NCBI GenBank assembly: GCA_015069395.1
Contig: SVIR01000002.1
Span: 18,005-82,004, forward strand
Length of the DNA: 64,000 nucleotides
Reading direction: 5' to 3'
Source of the DNA: Clostridiales bacterium
GTDB taxonomy: Bacteria; Bacillota; Clostridia; Christensenellales; UBA1242
The notes beneath the pieces are model-generated. The model did no database searches, was not told the DNA's origin, and worked only from the letters and a program-made list of their open reading frames with translations. A program made the position numbers and the translations under genes. Shown here piece by piece: positions 26,859-36,180 of this stretch. Within the stretch, counting starts at the first letter, position 1. Every line of letters starts with the position of its first letter.

Positions 26859-26983
26859 TTTGGAGATTGCCAAAGAATCTTGTTTTAGTAGACATTATTA
26901 AAAAAATGCTTGCATACCTTAAATTATCAAAATGTTTTTAAACTATGCTCGTCAGGGGTTTAATTTTGAGTATGGAGGCAATA

Positions 26984-27385
26984 ATGAAAGTGAAGTCTTT
27001 GGGAAAAGAAAAAAATGGCAATATCGCTCTTTGTGTTGTGAAAGGCGTTGCAACTGGGCTCTGTGTAGCCTTGGTGGGAATTTTGCTTTTTGCTTTTGTT
27101 TTGAGATTTACAAACATATCGGACAAAATAATTGCTCCAGTAAATCAGGTTATCAAAGGTGTTAGCATATTTCTTGGTGTGTTTATTGGTTTGAAAAAAC
27201 ACAAAGAAATGGGGCTTTTAAGTGGTCTTTTGATTGGTCTTTTTTTCACAATTGTAGCATTTTTGGTTTTCTCATTGCTTGATGGGGCTTTTTGCTTTGA
27301 TAAAGCACTTTTAAACGACATTATTTTCGGCAGTGTTATTGGCGCGATTTGTGGCATAATTTGCGTTAATCTGAAAAAAAATTAA
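26984..27385 (+). CDS. Small polytopic membrane protein (about 4 TM), function unknown
   Basis: ATG 26984 lies behind GGAGG. The product is hydrophobic throughout. It sits between yajC and secD. Confidence 0.55.
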   Translation: MKVKSLGKEKNGNIALCVVKGVATGLCVALVGILLFAFVLRFTNISDKIIAPVNQVIKGVSIFLGVFIGLKKHKEMGLLSGLLIGLFFTIVAFLVFSLLDGAFCFDKALLNDIIFGSVIGAICGIICVNLKKN

Positions 27386-27393
27386 ATTTTTAA

Positions 27394-27422
27394 TTGACAT
27401 CAGCCCCTTTATGTATTATAAT
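27394..27422 (+). promoter_or_regulatory. Perfect consensus sigma-A promoter of secDF
   Basis: TTGACA-N17-TATAAT. Confidence 0.65.
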
Positions 27423-27473
27423 TTACAAGGTATAATCTTTAAGTAGATAAATATGTATTTTTAAGGGGAAGTA

Positions 27474-28823
27474 ATGGCTAGAAGTAAAGTAAAGAGAAAT
27501 TCCGTTTTAAATTTCGTTGCTGTAACCATTTTGACAATTATCGGCATTGTATTGTCTGTTTGCAGTTTTGATATTCCTTACACACCATACACCTACAATG
27601 GTTTTGCAAACTCGATTTCACTTGGGTTGGACCTTGCAGGAGGTGTTTCTATTGTTTATGAATGTTCTGAATCTGGTCAACAAGACTTAGACAAGGCTAT
27701 CGAAGCTACTGTTACAAGACTTACAGACGTAATTGCTGGTGAATATAATGAAGCAACTATCACAAGACAAGGCTCTACAAAAATAAGAATTGAGGTTCCT
27801 TCTGTTTCTGATAGTGAAGAAATCTTCAATTTGATTGGCGAACCAACGCCTCTTTATATGACTCTTCGTGAAGGTGGAGACGCTCTTTTGACTGGAGAGG
27901 ATATTGAAGATGTTGAAGTTGCTTATCAAAAAAGCTCTGAAGGTTCTTCTTACGAATATGGTGTAAACTTGAAATTCAATTCTGAAGGTTCTAAAAAGTT
28001 TGCAGATATTACAGGACAAGCAGCCGATGGGGACCAAAAGATTTATGTTTATATTGGAGAAATTGGAGAAGTTGACCCATTGACTCTTACTTGTGAAGAG
28101 AAAATTGTGGGAGACTCGACTTTCATTTCAGGAAATTTTGAATCTTATGAAGATGCAGAAGCTTATGCTTTGAAGCTTATGAGTGGAACTTTCAGCTGCA
28201 AACTTACTTTGCTTGAAAATACTGTTATCTCGGCTACTTTGGGTGCTGACGCTCTCAAATATTGCCTTATCGGTGGATTTGTTGGACTTTTCTTAATTTT
28301 TGTTTTGATGTGGTGGAGATATGGTGATTTCGGACACTTAGTTTCATTCTCTCTCATTATTTATATAGTGTTGATGTTATTTTTCTTACAAGCAATTCCA
28401 GCAGTTCAACTTACACTTCCAGGTCTTGCTGGAATTGTGTTGAGTATAGGTATGGCAATAGACGGTGCGATTATTATCCTTGAAAAAGTTAGGGAAGAAT
28501 ATCGCTCAGGAAAGAAAATTCCAATGTCCGTTAAGGCTGGATTCAAAAGTGCGTTCTGGCCAATTTTTGACAGTAATATCACAACAATTATTACAGCTAT
28601 CGTGCTTTACATTTTGGGGACGGCATCAATCCAAGGCTTTGCAATAACGTTGCTTATCGGTATTTTGCTTTCAATGTTTATGAACTTGGTAATCTTGCGT
28701 TTCTTTATGAAATGGTATTTGCCATTCAATAGTGTCAAAGCTAAAAAACTTCACTTGCCAAAACAAGAAAGACTTGTCAAAGAGACAGAAGTGGCAACAG
28801 AAGGAGGACAAGCAAATGACTAA
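27474..28823 (+). CDS. secD: Protein translocase subunit SecD
   Basis: N-terminal TM segment, periplasmic-type domain, and C-terminal 5-TM block with LAGIVLSIGMAIDGAIIILE. Confidence 0.9.
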   Translation: MARSKVKRNSVLNFVAVTILTIIGIVLSVCSFDIPYTPYTYNGFANSISLGLDLAGGVSIVYECSESGQQDLDKAIEATVTRLTDVIAGEYNEATITRQGSTKIRIEVPSVSDSEEIFNLIGEPTPLYMTLREGGDALLTGEDIEDVEVAYQKSSEGSSYEYGVNLKFNSEGSKKFADITGQAADGDQKIYVYIGEIGEVDPLTLTCEEKIVGDSTFISGNFESYEDAEAYALKLMSGTFSCKLTLLENTVISATLGADALKYCLIGGFVGLFLIFVLMWWRYGDFGHLVSFSLIIYIVLMLFFLQAIPAVQLTLPGLAGIVLSIGMAIDGAIIILEKVREEYRSGKKIPMSVKAGFKSAFWPIFDSNITTIITAIVLYILGTASIQGFAITLLIGILLSMFMNLVILRFFMKWYLPFNSVKAKKLHLPKQERLVKETEVATEGGQAND

Positions 28824-29925
28824 AAAATATAAGAAAAGCAAATTTTCTTTGGATGCAGCAATTCAAAACTCAAAGTTTAATTTTTGTAAAAATCTCAAAT
28901 GGTTTATAATTGCACCAATTTTGATTTGTATAGTTGGAATTGTTATGTTGTGCACAATGGGCTTTAATCTAGGAATTGATTTCACAGGTGGCTCAAATAT
29001 GACTGTTTATGTTGACACAGAGGGCTCTTATTCAAGCTTAACATTTGATTACGATAAAGATCTGGACAAGATTGAAGATGTTGCAAATTCTGTTCTTGAA
29101 GAATATGGTCTTAAGGTTGGTACGATTCAAAAAACAACAATGTCTGTTGACGATTTAGGAATCAAAGATGCAAATGCTGTTATTATCAAATATCAAAATG
29201 ACAACTCGCTTGAAACCGAACAGATTGAAAAAATAAACAAAGAGATTCGTTTTGAAATGCTCAAGAAATTTGGATTTATTGACAAAAATGTTTTAGAAAC
29301 TGATTTGGATCTTCAAGATAATGCAGGTCTTATTGTCAATGGTGGCGTTACTACAGCAAGTGCTAGTGCTGAACTTATGATGAAATCATTTATAGCACTT
29401 TTAGTTGCAGTTGTTCTGATTTTGATTTACGTTGCTATTCGATTTGAATTTACAAGTGGTATGGCAGCAATCTTGGCATTGTTCCATGATATTTTGGTTA
29501 CAGCTTCTGTTATGCTTATTTGCAGAATTCAAATTAACGTTGCTTTCATAGCTGCATTGATTACTATTTTGGGTTATTCAATCAACAATACAATTATTAT
29601 CTTTGATAGAATGCGTGGAGATTTGAAAGTTGCAAAACAAACAAAGTCAAAAATCAATACTTATGAAATTGCAAACAATGCTGTAAGAAGCACAATGACT
29701 CGTTCGATTTTAACAACCTTGACAACCTTTGTTATGATCTTTATGATCACAGTTATCGGGGTGGCAGATATTAGAGAATTTGCATTCCCAATTATGATTG
29801 GTATTTTGGCAGGATTCTACTCTTCAGTGTTTCTCACTCCGGGTTTGTGGGCATTGGCTTATAAACCAAGAAGAAAAAAGAAAACCGTTGTCGTTGAAGA
29901 AACTGAAAATACAGAAGAGGCTTAA
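28816..29925 (+). CDS. secF: Protein translocase subunit SecF
   Basis: ATG 28816 lies behind AGGAGG and overlaps the secD stop. Motifs GIDFTGGS and ILGYSINNTIIIFDR. Confidence 0.9.
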   Translation: MTKKYKKSKFSLDAAIQNSKFNFCKNLKWFIIAPILICIVGIVMLCTMGFNLGIDFTGGSNMTVYVDTEGSYSSLTFDYDKDLDKIEDVANSVLEEYGLKVGTIQKTTMSVDDLGIKDANAVIIKYQNDNSLETEQIEKINKEIRFEMLKKFGFIDKNVLETDLDLQDNAGLIVNGGVTTASASAELMMKSFIALLVAVVLILIYVAIRFEFTSGMAAILALFHDILVTASVMLICRIQINVAFIAALITILGYSINNTIIIFDRMRGDLKVAKQTKSKINTYEIANNAVRSTMTRSILTTLTTFVMIFMITVIGVADIREFAFPIMIGILAGFYSSVFLTPGLWALAYKPRRKKKTVVVEETENTEEA

Positions 29926-29927
29926 TG

Positions 29928-29957
29928 AAAAAAACACTCGTTTTTGAGTGTTTTTTT
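29928..29957. terminator. Bidirectional terminator
   Basis: Stem ACACTC/GAGTGT with a flanking A-run and T-run. Confidence 0.65.
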
Positions 29958-29966
29958 GTTGGATTT

Positions 29967-30473
29967 TTACTTTTTAATTGTAGGTTCTTCACAAACAACC
30001 TCGATGTTTTGATCTTCTTGTCCGTGATATAAATCGGCGTTTCCTTCTTTGTGTTTTGCTTCTTCTTTATGTATGTTTTCTCTTACATAAGCTTGCAAAC
30101 CTCTTTTAAATTTGTGAAAATCAACAGGTTTGTTCTGAGCGATAGAACCAGCCCAGTCTTTTGTCAACTTTGGAAACTTATTTTCTTCTAGCTTTTGAAT
30201 CCACTCTCTTCCATATTGATAAGATAAAGAAATCACGTCTTCAAAGTCTGTTCTTGTAGCAGATGTTGGAAGAAACTTTTTAATCATATAAAAATACAAC
30301 ATATTAAAAACTTGGTCGTGAAAAAGCTCGGTTGCTCCTTCATAGCCCTTTCTGATGTATCTCAACGATTTGTGATATTCTGCCTCATTCAAATCGTGAT
30401 TATAATCAAAAGTAGGACTGATTCTTTTAACTATCGTTACAAATTCTTGTTCTCGTGCTTCTATTTCTTGCAT
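29967..30473 (-). CDS. Hypothetical 168-aa cytoplasmic protein
   Basis: Strong SD (AAGGGGGA) and its own promoter. I recognise no motif. Confidence 0.5.
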   Translation of the reverse strand: MQEIEAREQEFVTIVKRISPTFDYNHDLNEAEYHKSLRYIRKGYEGATELFHDQVFNMLYFYMIKKFLPTSATRTDFEDVISLSYQYGREWIQKLEENKFPKLTKDWAGSIAQNKPVDFHKFKRGLQAYVRENIHKEEAKHKEGNADLYHGQEDQNIEVVCEEPTIKK

Positions 30474-30494
30474 AATTCCCCCTTAATTGTGAAA

Positions 30495-30523
30495 AGTTTA
30501 ACACAAGGACAGGTTGTTGTCAA
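30495..30523 (-). promoter_or_regulatory. Promoter of the 168-aa gene
   Basis: Minus strand TTGACA-N17-TAAACT, starting 12 nt after the dinB stop. Confidence 0.55.
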
Positions 30524-30534
30524 TAGCAAATGAG

Positions 30535-31728
30535 TTATTTTTGTTCTTCATTTTCGTTTTTTCTGTTGATAAAAGAAGCTCCGTCGCTGGCAATAAAGAT
30601 TTTGTTCTTTCCATATTTGTTTTTTATTGAATTTATTGCATCTTCAAGGTTTGTTTGATCGAAAAAAGAAAGCTGTTTTGCCTTGTCAGTTTTTTTAAGG
30701 GAAGAAACTCTAACTCTTATTGCTCTAACATATTGATCATACTTCCAAAAACTATCTACCAAATTCATAGCTTGCTCTGAGATTTCTTCAAGGGTTTGAA
30801 TCGGGCTGATGGTTCGTGAATGTCTATATTTTTCGAAATTGTTTGTTTTTAAAGTGACTGTTATAGTGCTAGCTTGATATCCGTGTAGACGAAAAGCGAC
30901 CTTTTCACTAAGAAAAACGATTACTTTTTTGATCTCTTCTCTAGTTTTAACGTCAGTTATTGTTGTTGTTCCATTTCCTATACTTTTTGGCGGCGCGAGA
31001 AGGTAATAATTTGCAACTTTTTCGTCAAAACTTCCATTTAATTTGTGCCAAAGTTCAAATCCTGTTTTTCCCATAATGTCTGACACAAACTCTATTTTTA
31101 AAGAGGCGAACTCGCCTATTGTTGTGATATTCATTTTTTCAAACTTCTTCTCTAGCCGACTTCCAATTCCAATGATAGAATTCAATGGTAAATGATAGGT
31201 CTTTTCTTTAAATTTTTCTTTTTCTATAATCGTCGTAAAATCAGGTTTTCTTAGGTCGCTTCCAAGTTTGGCAAAAAGTTTGGAAAAGGATACGCCTACA
31301 GATACGGTAAATCCGAATTGTTTCTTAACCTTTTCTCTTAGTTCGTCTGCGATTTGTTGGCCTGTTTTTTTTAAGTAATTTAGCGAATTAGTCACATCAA
31401 GCCAACATTCGTCAAGACCTAAAGGTTCTACGAAGTCTGTATATTGAAGATAAAGTTCGTGAAGTTGTTTTGAAATTTTTTCGTATAACGCATAATGGGG
31501 CCCCATAGTAATCAATTCTGGGCATTTTTGCTTTGCTTGCCAGATGGTTTCGCCAGTTTTTATTCCAAATGATTTGGCTATTTGGTTTTTTGCCAAAATT
31601 ATACCCGTTCGTTTTTCGGGGTTACCCGTAACGGCGAGGGGCTTGTCTTTTAAATTTGGATTGGTTGCACATTCAACAGAAGCATAATAATTGTTTACGT
31701 CTATATGTAAAATTGTTTTTTCTATCAT
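30535..31728 (-). CDS. dinB: DNA polymerase IV (Y-family)
   Basis: Motifs ILHIDVNNYYASVE and GLDECWLDVT, plus a little-finger C-terminus. Confidence 0.9.
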   Translation of the reverse strand: MIEKTILHIDVNNYYASVECATNPNLKDKPLAVTGNPEKRTGIILAKNQIAKSFGIKTGETIWQAKQKCPELITMGPHYALYEKISKQLHELYLQYTDFVEPLGLDECWLDVTNSLNYLKKTGQQIADELREKVKKQFGFTVSVGVSFSKLFAKLGSDLRKPDFTTIIEKEKFKEKTYHLPLNSIIGIGSRLEKKFEKMNITTIGEFASLKIEFVSDIMGKTGFELWHKLNGSFDEKVANYYLLAPPKSIGNGTTTITDVKTREEIKKVIVFLSEKVAFRLHGYQASTITVTLKTNNFEKYRHSRTISPIQTLEEISEQAMNLVDSFWKYDQYVRAIRVRVSSLKKTDKAKQLSFFDQTNLEDAINSIKNKYGKNKIFIASDGASFINRKNENEEQK

Positions 31729-31797
31729 TTGCCTTTACTCTCACTTTTTTGTTATAATTGTTATGTTAAAAAATGTGATTTGTTATACGGAGGATTT

Positions 31798-32802
31798 ATG
31801 CAAACATTGTTTAAAAATGCAAATCTTATAGATATTTCTAGTGGAATAATATCAAACGTCGACATTTTGGTAAGAGATCAAAAAATTGAGTCTATTGCAA
31901 GGGGACTTGACGAAAAATGTGAAATTGTTGATTTAAACGGAAACTATGTTTTGCCGGGCTTTGCAAATGTTTTTTGTGACAGCCAGAAGGCGTATGCTCA
32001 AAGCTCAGGGAATTGGATTGCTCAGGATAATATAAAAGAAATTTTTGACCAGAAAAATGCTTTGGCAGGAGTTGTTTTTCAAAATGACTTATCATATACT
32101 TCAGCAACGTGTTTAGAAGGGATTAGTGAGAGAGAAGAAAAAGAGTTGAGTCAGTTTAGCAATCAAGTTGCGAAGGATAAAAGTTTGCTGTTTTTGAAGG
32201 TAGGACAGTCATTGGACGAACTTGGGCAAATTGATAAAACTTATAAAAAACCATTGTCACAGGTCTTGGAGGATTTTGGTTTTTTGGACAGAAAGCCCGT
32301 TGTCGTTGGGGGAAATTGTTTTGAAAAAGACGAACTTCAACTTTTCTCGCAATATGAATGTGGTTTTTGTATTACTCCAAGTGAAGACGGAAGAATGGCT
32401 AGGCGTCCTACAAACTTGTTGGCGTTAAAATCATTGGATTTTAGGGTTGGAATAGGAAGTGGATATTCTTTTGAAGTGGACTTTTTTGCTTTTATGAGAC
32501 AAATTGTACTTACACAAAGAGGTTTGTTTGAAGATGTTGATTGTATTAGCGAACAAGAAGTTTTAAAACTTGCAACAATCAATAGTGGAGACATTTTAGG
32601 GTGTGATTTAACCGTCAAAGAAGAAAATTTCGCCAATTTTATAGTTGTTAGATATTCAGAATCTATTTATAACAATATTTTTAAAACTTTGATTTGGGAA
32701 AAATCAAAACAAGATGTGCTTTATACAATAAAAAATGGAAAAATAATTCAAAAAAATGGTGAAATTTTGATAGGTTTAGCTAAGAATTATGGTAAAATAT
32801 AA
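31798..32802 (+). CDS. Amidohydrolase-fold protein with degenerate metal site
   Basis: The N-terminal beta-sandwich (LFKNANLIDISSG...VLPGFANVF) is typical of the MtaD/guanine-deaminase-like family, but CD replaces HxH. The start is ATG 31798, behind GGAGG. Confidence 0.6.
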   Translation: MQTLFKNANLIDISSGIISNVDILVRDQKIESIARGLDEKCEIVDLNGNYVLPGFANVFCDSQKAYAQSSGNWIAQDNIKEIFDQKNALAGVVFQNDLSYTSATCLEGISEREEKELSQFSNQVAKDKSLLFLKVGQSLDELGQIDKTYKKPLSQVLEDFGFLDRKPVVVGGNCFEKDELQLFSQYECGFCITPSEDGRMARRPTNLLALKSLDFRVGIGSGYSFEVDFFAFMRQIVLTQRGLFEDVDCISEQEVLKLATINSGDILGCDLTVKEENFANFIVVRYSESIYNNIFKTLIWEKSKQDVLYTIKNGKIIQKNGEILIGLAKNYGKI

Positions 32803-32831
32803 GAAGGAAAAGAAAACAAGGAGAAATAAAA

Positions 32832-34982
32832 ATGACTATTAAAGAAAGACTTTCAAGTGAATTTGCACTTAGAGAAGATTATTCACAAAACATTATTGAT
32901 TTGATTGACGAAGGGAATACAATTCCTTTTATCGCAAGATATAGAAAAGAAATGCATGGCTCTTGCGACGACCAAGTGCTTAGAGATTTTGCTGACAGAT
33001 TGAAATACCTTAGAAACTTAGAAGACGAAAAAGCAAAAGTTCAAAAAGTTATAACAGAGCAAGGCAAATGGACTGAACAACTTGCAAAAGACTTAGAAAA
33101 CGCTATGACTTTGACTGAAGTTGAAGATATCTATAGACCTTACAAGCCAAAGAGAAAAACAAGAGCCTCTGTTGCTATTGCAAAAGGTTTGGAAGGGTTG
33201 GCAGATGTTTTGCAAGCGCAATCAAAAGAATACCAAATTTGGGAAGAAGCAAAGAAATATATAACAGAAGAAGTTCCTACTGTTGAAGAGGCTGTAGCAG
33301 GAGCAAAAGATATTGTTGCAGAAAGAATTTCTGACAGTGCAGAACTCAGAAAAGAACTTCGTGAACTTATTGCAGAAAAAGCTTTTATCGTGTGTCAACT
33401 TGTTGAAAATGAAAACAATTTGACTTATGAAACATATTCAAACTTTAAGCAAGAAGTTAAGACTCTTCCTAGTCACAGAATTTTGGCGATAAATCGTGGT
33501 GAAAAAGAAAAGTGTTTGAAAGTTGACATTGAGATTGATACAAAATTGACTTTCCCTCGTATTGAAAAACATTTTAAAAAAGACAATGAAGATACAAATG
33601 TTTTAATGGACGAGGTAATTGCAGATGCTTATGAAAGGTTGCTTTTCCCATCTCTTGAAAGAGAATGCAGAAGCAATTTGACAGATGTTGCAAACGAACA
33701 AGCCATCAAAATGTTTGAAGTAAACTTAAAACCTTTACTTATGGAATCTCCACTTAAAAACAACATTATTTTGGGATTGGATCCAGCTTATAGAACTGGT
33801 TGTAAAATCGCAGTTATTGACAAAAACGGAGCCGTTTTGGATACTACGGTGATTTATCCAACTCCACCACAATCAAAAACTGAAGAAAGCATTGAAAAAT
33901 TGAAAGTTTTGATTGAAAAACATAATGTTGATATTGTTTCAATTGGAAATGGAACAGCATCAAAAGAGGCTGAGATATTTGTTGCAGAACTTATCAAACA
34001 CGTAAATAGACCTGTTAGCTATGCAGTTGTAAGCGAAGCAGGGGCTTCAGTTTATTCTGCTTCAAAATTGGGGGCAGAAGAATTTCCTGACTATGATGTT
34101 TCTTTAAGAAGTGCTGTTTCAATTGCAAGAAGACTGCAAGATCCTTTGGCAGAACTTATTAAAATTGATGTAAAATCAATTGGTGTTGGTCAATATCAAC
34201 ATGATATGCCACAAAATCGCTTGACTGAAGTTTTAACAGGTGTAGTAGAAGACTGCGTTAACAGCGTCGGGGTAGATTTGAACACAGCTTCTCCAAGCCT
34301 GTTGTCATATGTTTCTGGGCTTAATATGTCTATAGCTAAAAATATTGTGGCATTCAGAACCAAAAACAAAGGCTTTAAATCAAGAGAAGAACTGCTGTCG
34401 GTTCCTAAATTGGGACCAAAAGCTTTCGAGCAATGTGCAGGTTTCTTGAGGGTTGTTGGAGGGGAAAATGTGCTTGACAACACCTCAGTGCATCCAGAAA
34501 GTTATGAAGCAACAAGAAAACTTTTGAAACTTTTTGAATTGAGTGAAGCAGATGTAAAAGAAAACAATCTTGTTCTTCTTCCAAAAATGATTGAACAAAA
34601 AGGAGAACAAAACGTTGCCGAAGAATGTGGCATTGGTGTACCAACCTTAAACGACATAACTTCAGAACTTTTGAAGCCAGGTAGAGACATAAGAGAATCT
34701 ATGCCAAAACCAGTTTTAAGAAGTGATGTTATTCATATGGAAGACCTAAAAGAAGGTATGACATTCTCTGGAGTAGTAAGAAATGTAGTTGATTTTGGTG
34801 TGTTTGTAGATATAGGGGTTCACCAAGATGGGCTTGTTCATATTTCTCAACTTTCCGATGGCTTTGTAAAGCATCCCTCAGACATTGTAAAGGTTGGAGA
34901 TGTTGTTGACGTAAAAGTTATGGCGATTGATCTTGCTAAAAAACGTATATCTCTCACAATGAAGGGCTTGGACAAGGAGTAG
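32832..34982 (+). CDS. tex: Tex-like transcription accessory protein (S1 domain)
   Basis: 716 aa with N-terminal IPFIARYRKEMHG, a YqgF-like and HhH middle region, and a C-terminal S1 domain (GVVRNVVDFGVFVDIG). Confidence 0.9.
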   Translation: MTIKERLSSEFALREDYSQNIIDLIDEGNTIPFIARYRKEMHGSCDDQVLRDFADRLKYLRNLEDEKAKVQKVITEQGKWTEQLAKDLENAMTLTEVEDIYRPYKPKRKTRASVAIAKGLEGLADVLQAQSKEYQIWEEAKKYITEEVPTVEEAVAGAKDIVAERISDSAELRKELRELIAEKAFIVCQLVENENNLTYETYSNFKQEVKTLPSHRILAINRGEKEKCLKVDIEIDTKLTFPRIEKHFKKDNEDTNVLMDEVIADAYERLLFPSLERECRSNLTDVANEQAIKMFEVNLKPLLMESPLKNNIILGLDPAYRTGCKIAVIDKNGAVLDTTVIYPTPPQSKTEESIEKLKVLIEKHNVDIVSIGNGTASKEAEIFVAELIKHVNRPVSYAVVSEAGASVYSASKLGAEEFPDYDVSLRSAVSIARRLQDPLAELIKIDVKSIGVGQYQHDMPQNRLTEVLTGVVEDCVNSVGVDLNTASPSLLSYVSGLNMSIAKNIVAFRTKNKGFKSREELLSVPKLGPKAFEQCAGFLRVVGGENVLDNTSVHPESYEATRKLLKLFELSEADVKENNLVLLPKMIEQKGEQNVAEECGIGVPTLNDITSELLKPGRDIRESMPKPVLRSDVIHMEDLKEGMTFSGVVRNVVDFGVFVDIGVHQDGLVHISQLSDGFVKHPSDIVKVGDVVDVKVMAIDLAKKRISLTMKGLDKE

Positions 34983-34984
34983 AA

Positions 34985-35134
34985 ATGCAAAAATGTGCTA
35001 AATGTCAAACAGACATTCAAGAGATAATGGAAACTGGATTTGTGGGATGTGAAAAGTGCTATGAATTAGAAGCCGTAAAGAAAGCTGTAGACAAATCTTT
35101 TGGTGGTAAAAGACACAAAACAAAAGAAGAATAA
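34985..35134 (+). CDS. 49-aa zinc-ribbon protein, minimal McsA-like (not in the ORF track)
   Basis: The product is MQKCAKCQTDIQEIMETGFVGCEKCYELEAVKKAVDKSFGGKRHKTKEE. The CxxC...GCxxCY pattern resembles the second zinc finger of B. subtilis McsA. The gene lies immediately upstream of mcsB. Confidence 0.55.
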   Translation: MQKCAKCQTDIQEIMETGFVGCEKCYELEAVKKAVDKSFGGKRHKTKEE

Positions 35135-35161
35135 ACAATAAATTAAACGTTGGGAAATCAT

Positions 35162-36172
35162 ATGAACGAAAATTTTCAAAAAATTGCTATTTCTTCAAGA
35201 ATACGATTGGCTAGAAATTTTTCTGGCTTCAATTTTTTCACGAAACTGCGTAGGGAGACTGACGCAGTTTTTATCTTAAACACTGTTTCAAATGTTCTTG
35301 AAAAATTTGGTGATTTTGACATAAGTCGTCTTAAAAATCTTTCCTTAAATGAATGTAATGCTTTATTAGAAAGACATATAATAAGCAAAGAACTTATAGA
35401 AAATAAAGATATTTCAGCATTTGCTTTAAGTGGCGACGAACATTTGATTGTTATGGTGAATGAAGAAGATCATATTAGGGAACAATGCATTATGAATGGC
35501 TTTAATCTTTATCGCCCTTTTAGAGAAATAAAGAAGCTTGACGACTTTTTGTTAAGAGAAATTGATGTTGCTTATTCAGAAGATTATGGATTTTTAACAG
35601 CTAGTCCTGCAAATCTGGGCACGGGAATGAGAGCCTCAGTTATGTTGTTTTTGCCTGCACTAGAAAGAAATAATGATATTAATCTCATAATAAATGAAGC
35701 AAGAGCACAAGGTTTTACATTGAGAGGAATTTATGGCGAAGGAACAGAAAATATAGGAAGTCTTTATCAAATTTCAAATCAAAATTCGTTGGGGCTTACA
35801 GAAGAAGAAATTGTAGATGGTGTTTCTGATTATGTTTACAACATATGCGAAATGGAACTCTCTGCACGAGAAGATATTTTGGCAAGCAATCACGATCAAC
35901 TTATTGACGAGGTTTACAGAGCCTATGCAGTTTTGAAAGAGGGCTATTTACTTAACGAAAAAGAGATGGTGGAGTTGTTGTCCTTAGTTAAATTCGGAGA
36001 CGCTCTTGGATTTTTAAAAATCTTAGATATGAAAAAATTTGACAAACTTTCAATTGAAGGAGCGAGTGCAAACTTAAGAGAACTTAATGAAAATTTTTCA
36101 AATAAAATCAAGGAAAATGTTCTTAGAAGCGAGTATATAAATAAGAAAATAAGCGAACTTGTTGCAAAATAG
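35162..36172 (+). CDS. mcsB: Protein arginine kinase McsB
   Basis: ATP:guanido phosphotransferase motifs NEEDHIREQ and NLGTGMRASVMLFLPAL. The start is ambiguous between ATG 35162 and TTG 35150. Confidence 0.88.
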   Translation: MNENFQKIAISSRIRLARNFSGFNFFTKLRRETDAVFILNTVSNVLEKFGDFDISRLKNLSLNECNALLERHIISKELIENKDISAFALSGDEHLIVMVNEEDHIREQCIMNGFNLYRPFREIKKLDDFLLREIDVAYSEDYGFLTASPANLGTGMRASVMLFLPALERNNDINLIINEARAQGFTLRGIYGEGTENIGSLYQISNQNSLGLTEEEIVDGVSDYVYNICEMELSAREDILASNHDQLIDEVYRAYAVLKEGYLLNEKEMVELLSLVKFGDALGFLKILDMKKFDKLSIEGASANLRELNENFSNKIKENVLRSEYINKKISELVAK

Positions 36173-36180
36173 GAGGTTTT

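Noticed and set aside
30474-31797. SOS (LexA/Cheo box) control of dinB and its neighbours
   Set aside because: No GAAC-N4-GTTC type palindrome is visible in either the dinB upstream region or the promoter of the 168-aa gene.
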